From: Haloferax volcanii DS2
Lineage (GTDB): Archaea > Halobacteriota > Halobacteria > Halobacteriales > Haloferacaceae
Length of the DNA: 32,000 nucleotides
Reading direction: 5' to 3'
Assembly: GCF_000025685.1 (NCBI RefSeq)
Contig: NC_013966.1
Location: forward strand, 120,001-152,000
The notes under the pieces: model-generated
What the model was told of the DNA's origin: nothing
Seen by the model: only the letters and a program-made list of their open reading frames with translations
Database searches by the model: none
In this document: one piece after another, positions 31,820 to 32,000 of the stretch
Layout of the letters: the number at the start of each line of letters is the position of its first letter
Numbering within the stretch: the stretch's first letter is position 1
Program-made: the position numbers and the translations under genes

Positions 31820-32000
31820 TTAATCGTCCGCGGGGGACTGGCCCCCGTCGGCGCTCATGACCACGTCTTCTGCGGACTGTTGCTGGCCCATCGGTTCGGG
31901 GCTGTGACACTGCCGGACCATCTTCTTGATTCGCTCGGGCGGTTCGTCAGTCGCCATCGAGACGGCGATGGTGACGACGAACACGAGCGGCGTGCCGACC
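31820..32000 (-). CDS. C-terminal end of a membrane (transporter-like) protein; the 5' part lies beyond the right edge
   Basis: Own translation: ...VGTPLVFVVTIAVSMATDEPPERIKKMVRQCHSPEPMGQQQSAEDVVMSADGGQSPADD*, with stop TAA at 31822-31820. It shows a hydrophobic helix followed by a cytoplasmic tail. Confidence 0.45.
   Translation of the reverse strand, partial: VGTPLVFVVTIAVSMATDEPPERIKKMVRQCHSPEPMGQQQSAEDVVMSADGGQSPADD

Overview
The window looks like haloarchaeal DNA: G+C-rich, acidic proteins, Tat signal peptides, ISH-type insertion sequences and a TFB paralog. Nearly all of it is accessory and mosaic. Two directly oriented ~1.4-kb IS copies of the same type (1463-2860 and 29250-30650) bracket 26.4 kb. 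That segment holds: (i) a tyrosine integrase with a conserved promoter plus leader-ORF module, and a degraded second copy of that module 4.6 kb away; (ii) an extra trpS; (iii) an IS110-family element; (iv) two toxin-antitoxin pairs (RHH/UPF0175-like with a PIN-like toxin, and wHTH with a MazF/PemK-like toxin); (v) a low-GC island of about 4.5 kb (8.9-13.4 kb) with MITEs, IS630 and IS5-like remnants, a Tat-secreted protein with a glycine-zipper hydrophobic segment (candidate halocin-like toxin) and a ~730-bp ORF-free AT-rich tract; (vi) a leftward plasmid-like block (tfb paralog, SWIM protein, HD hydrolase, ArdC-like protein, small zinc-ribbon proteins) whose genes are mostly preceded by a conserved T-run plus GC-hairpin motif (5 copies); (vii) an intact IS4-family element; (viii) a sugar-utilisation cluster (ABC transporter, GH15 glucoamylase, TrmB-family regulator) with a perfect 14-bp palindrome in its divergent promoter. 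Outside the IS pair lie a truncated PQQ-like beta-propeller gene, a membrane protein, a UspA gene and a transporter C-terminus. I found no rRNA, tRNA or CRISPR array. Family assignments come from motifs read by eye and from memory, with no database search. IS and MITE ends were mapped by eye and may be off by a few bases.
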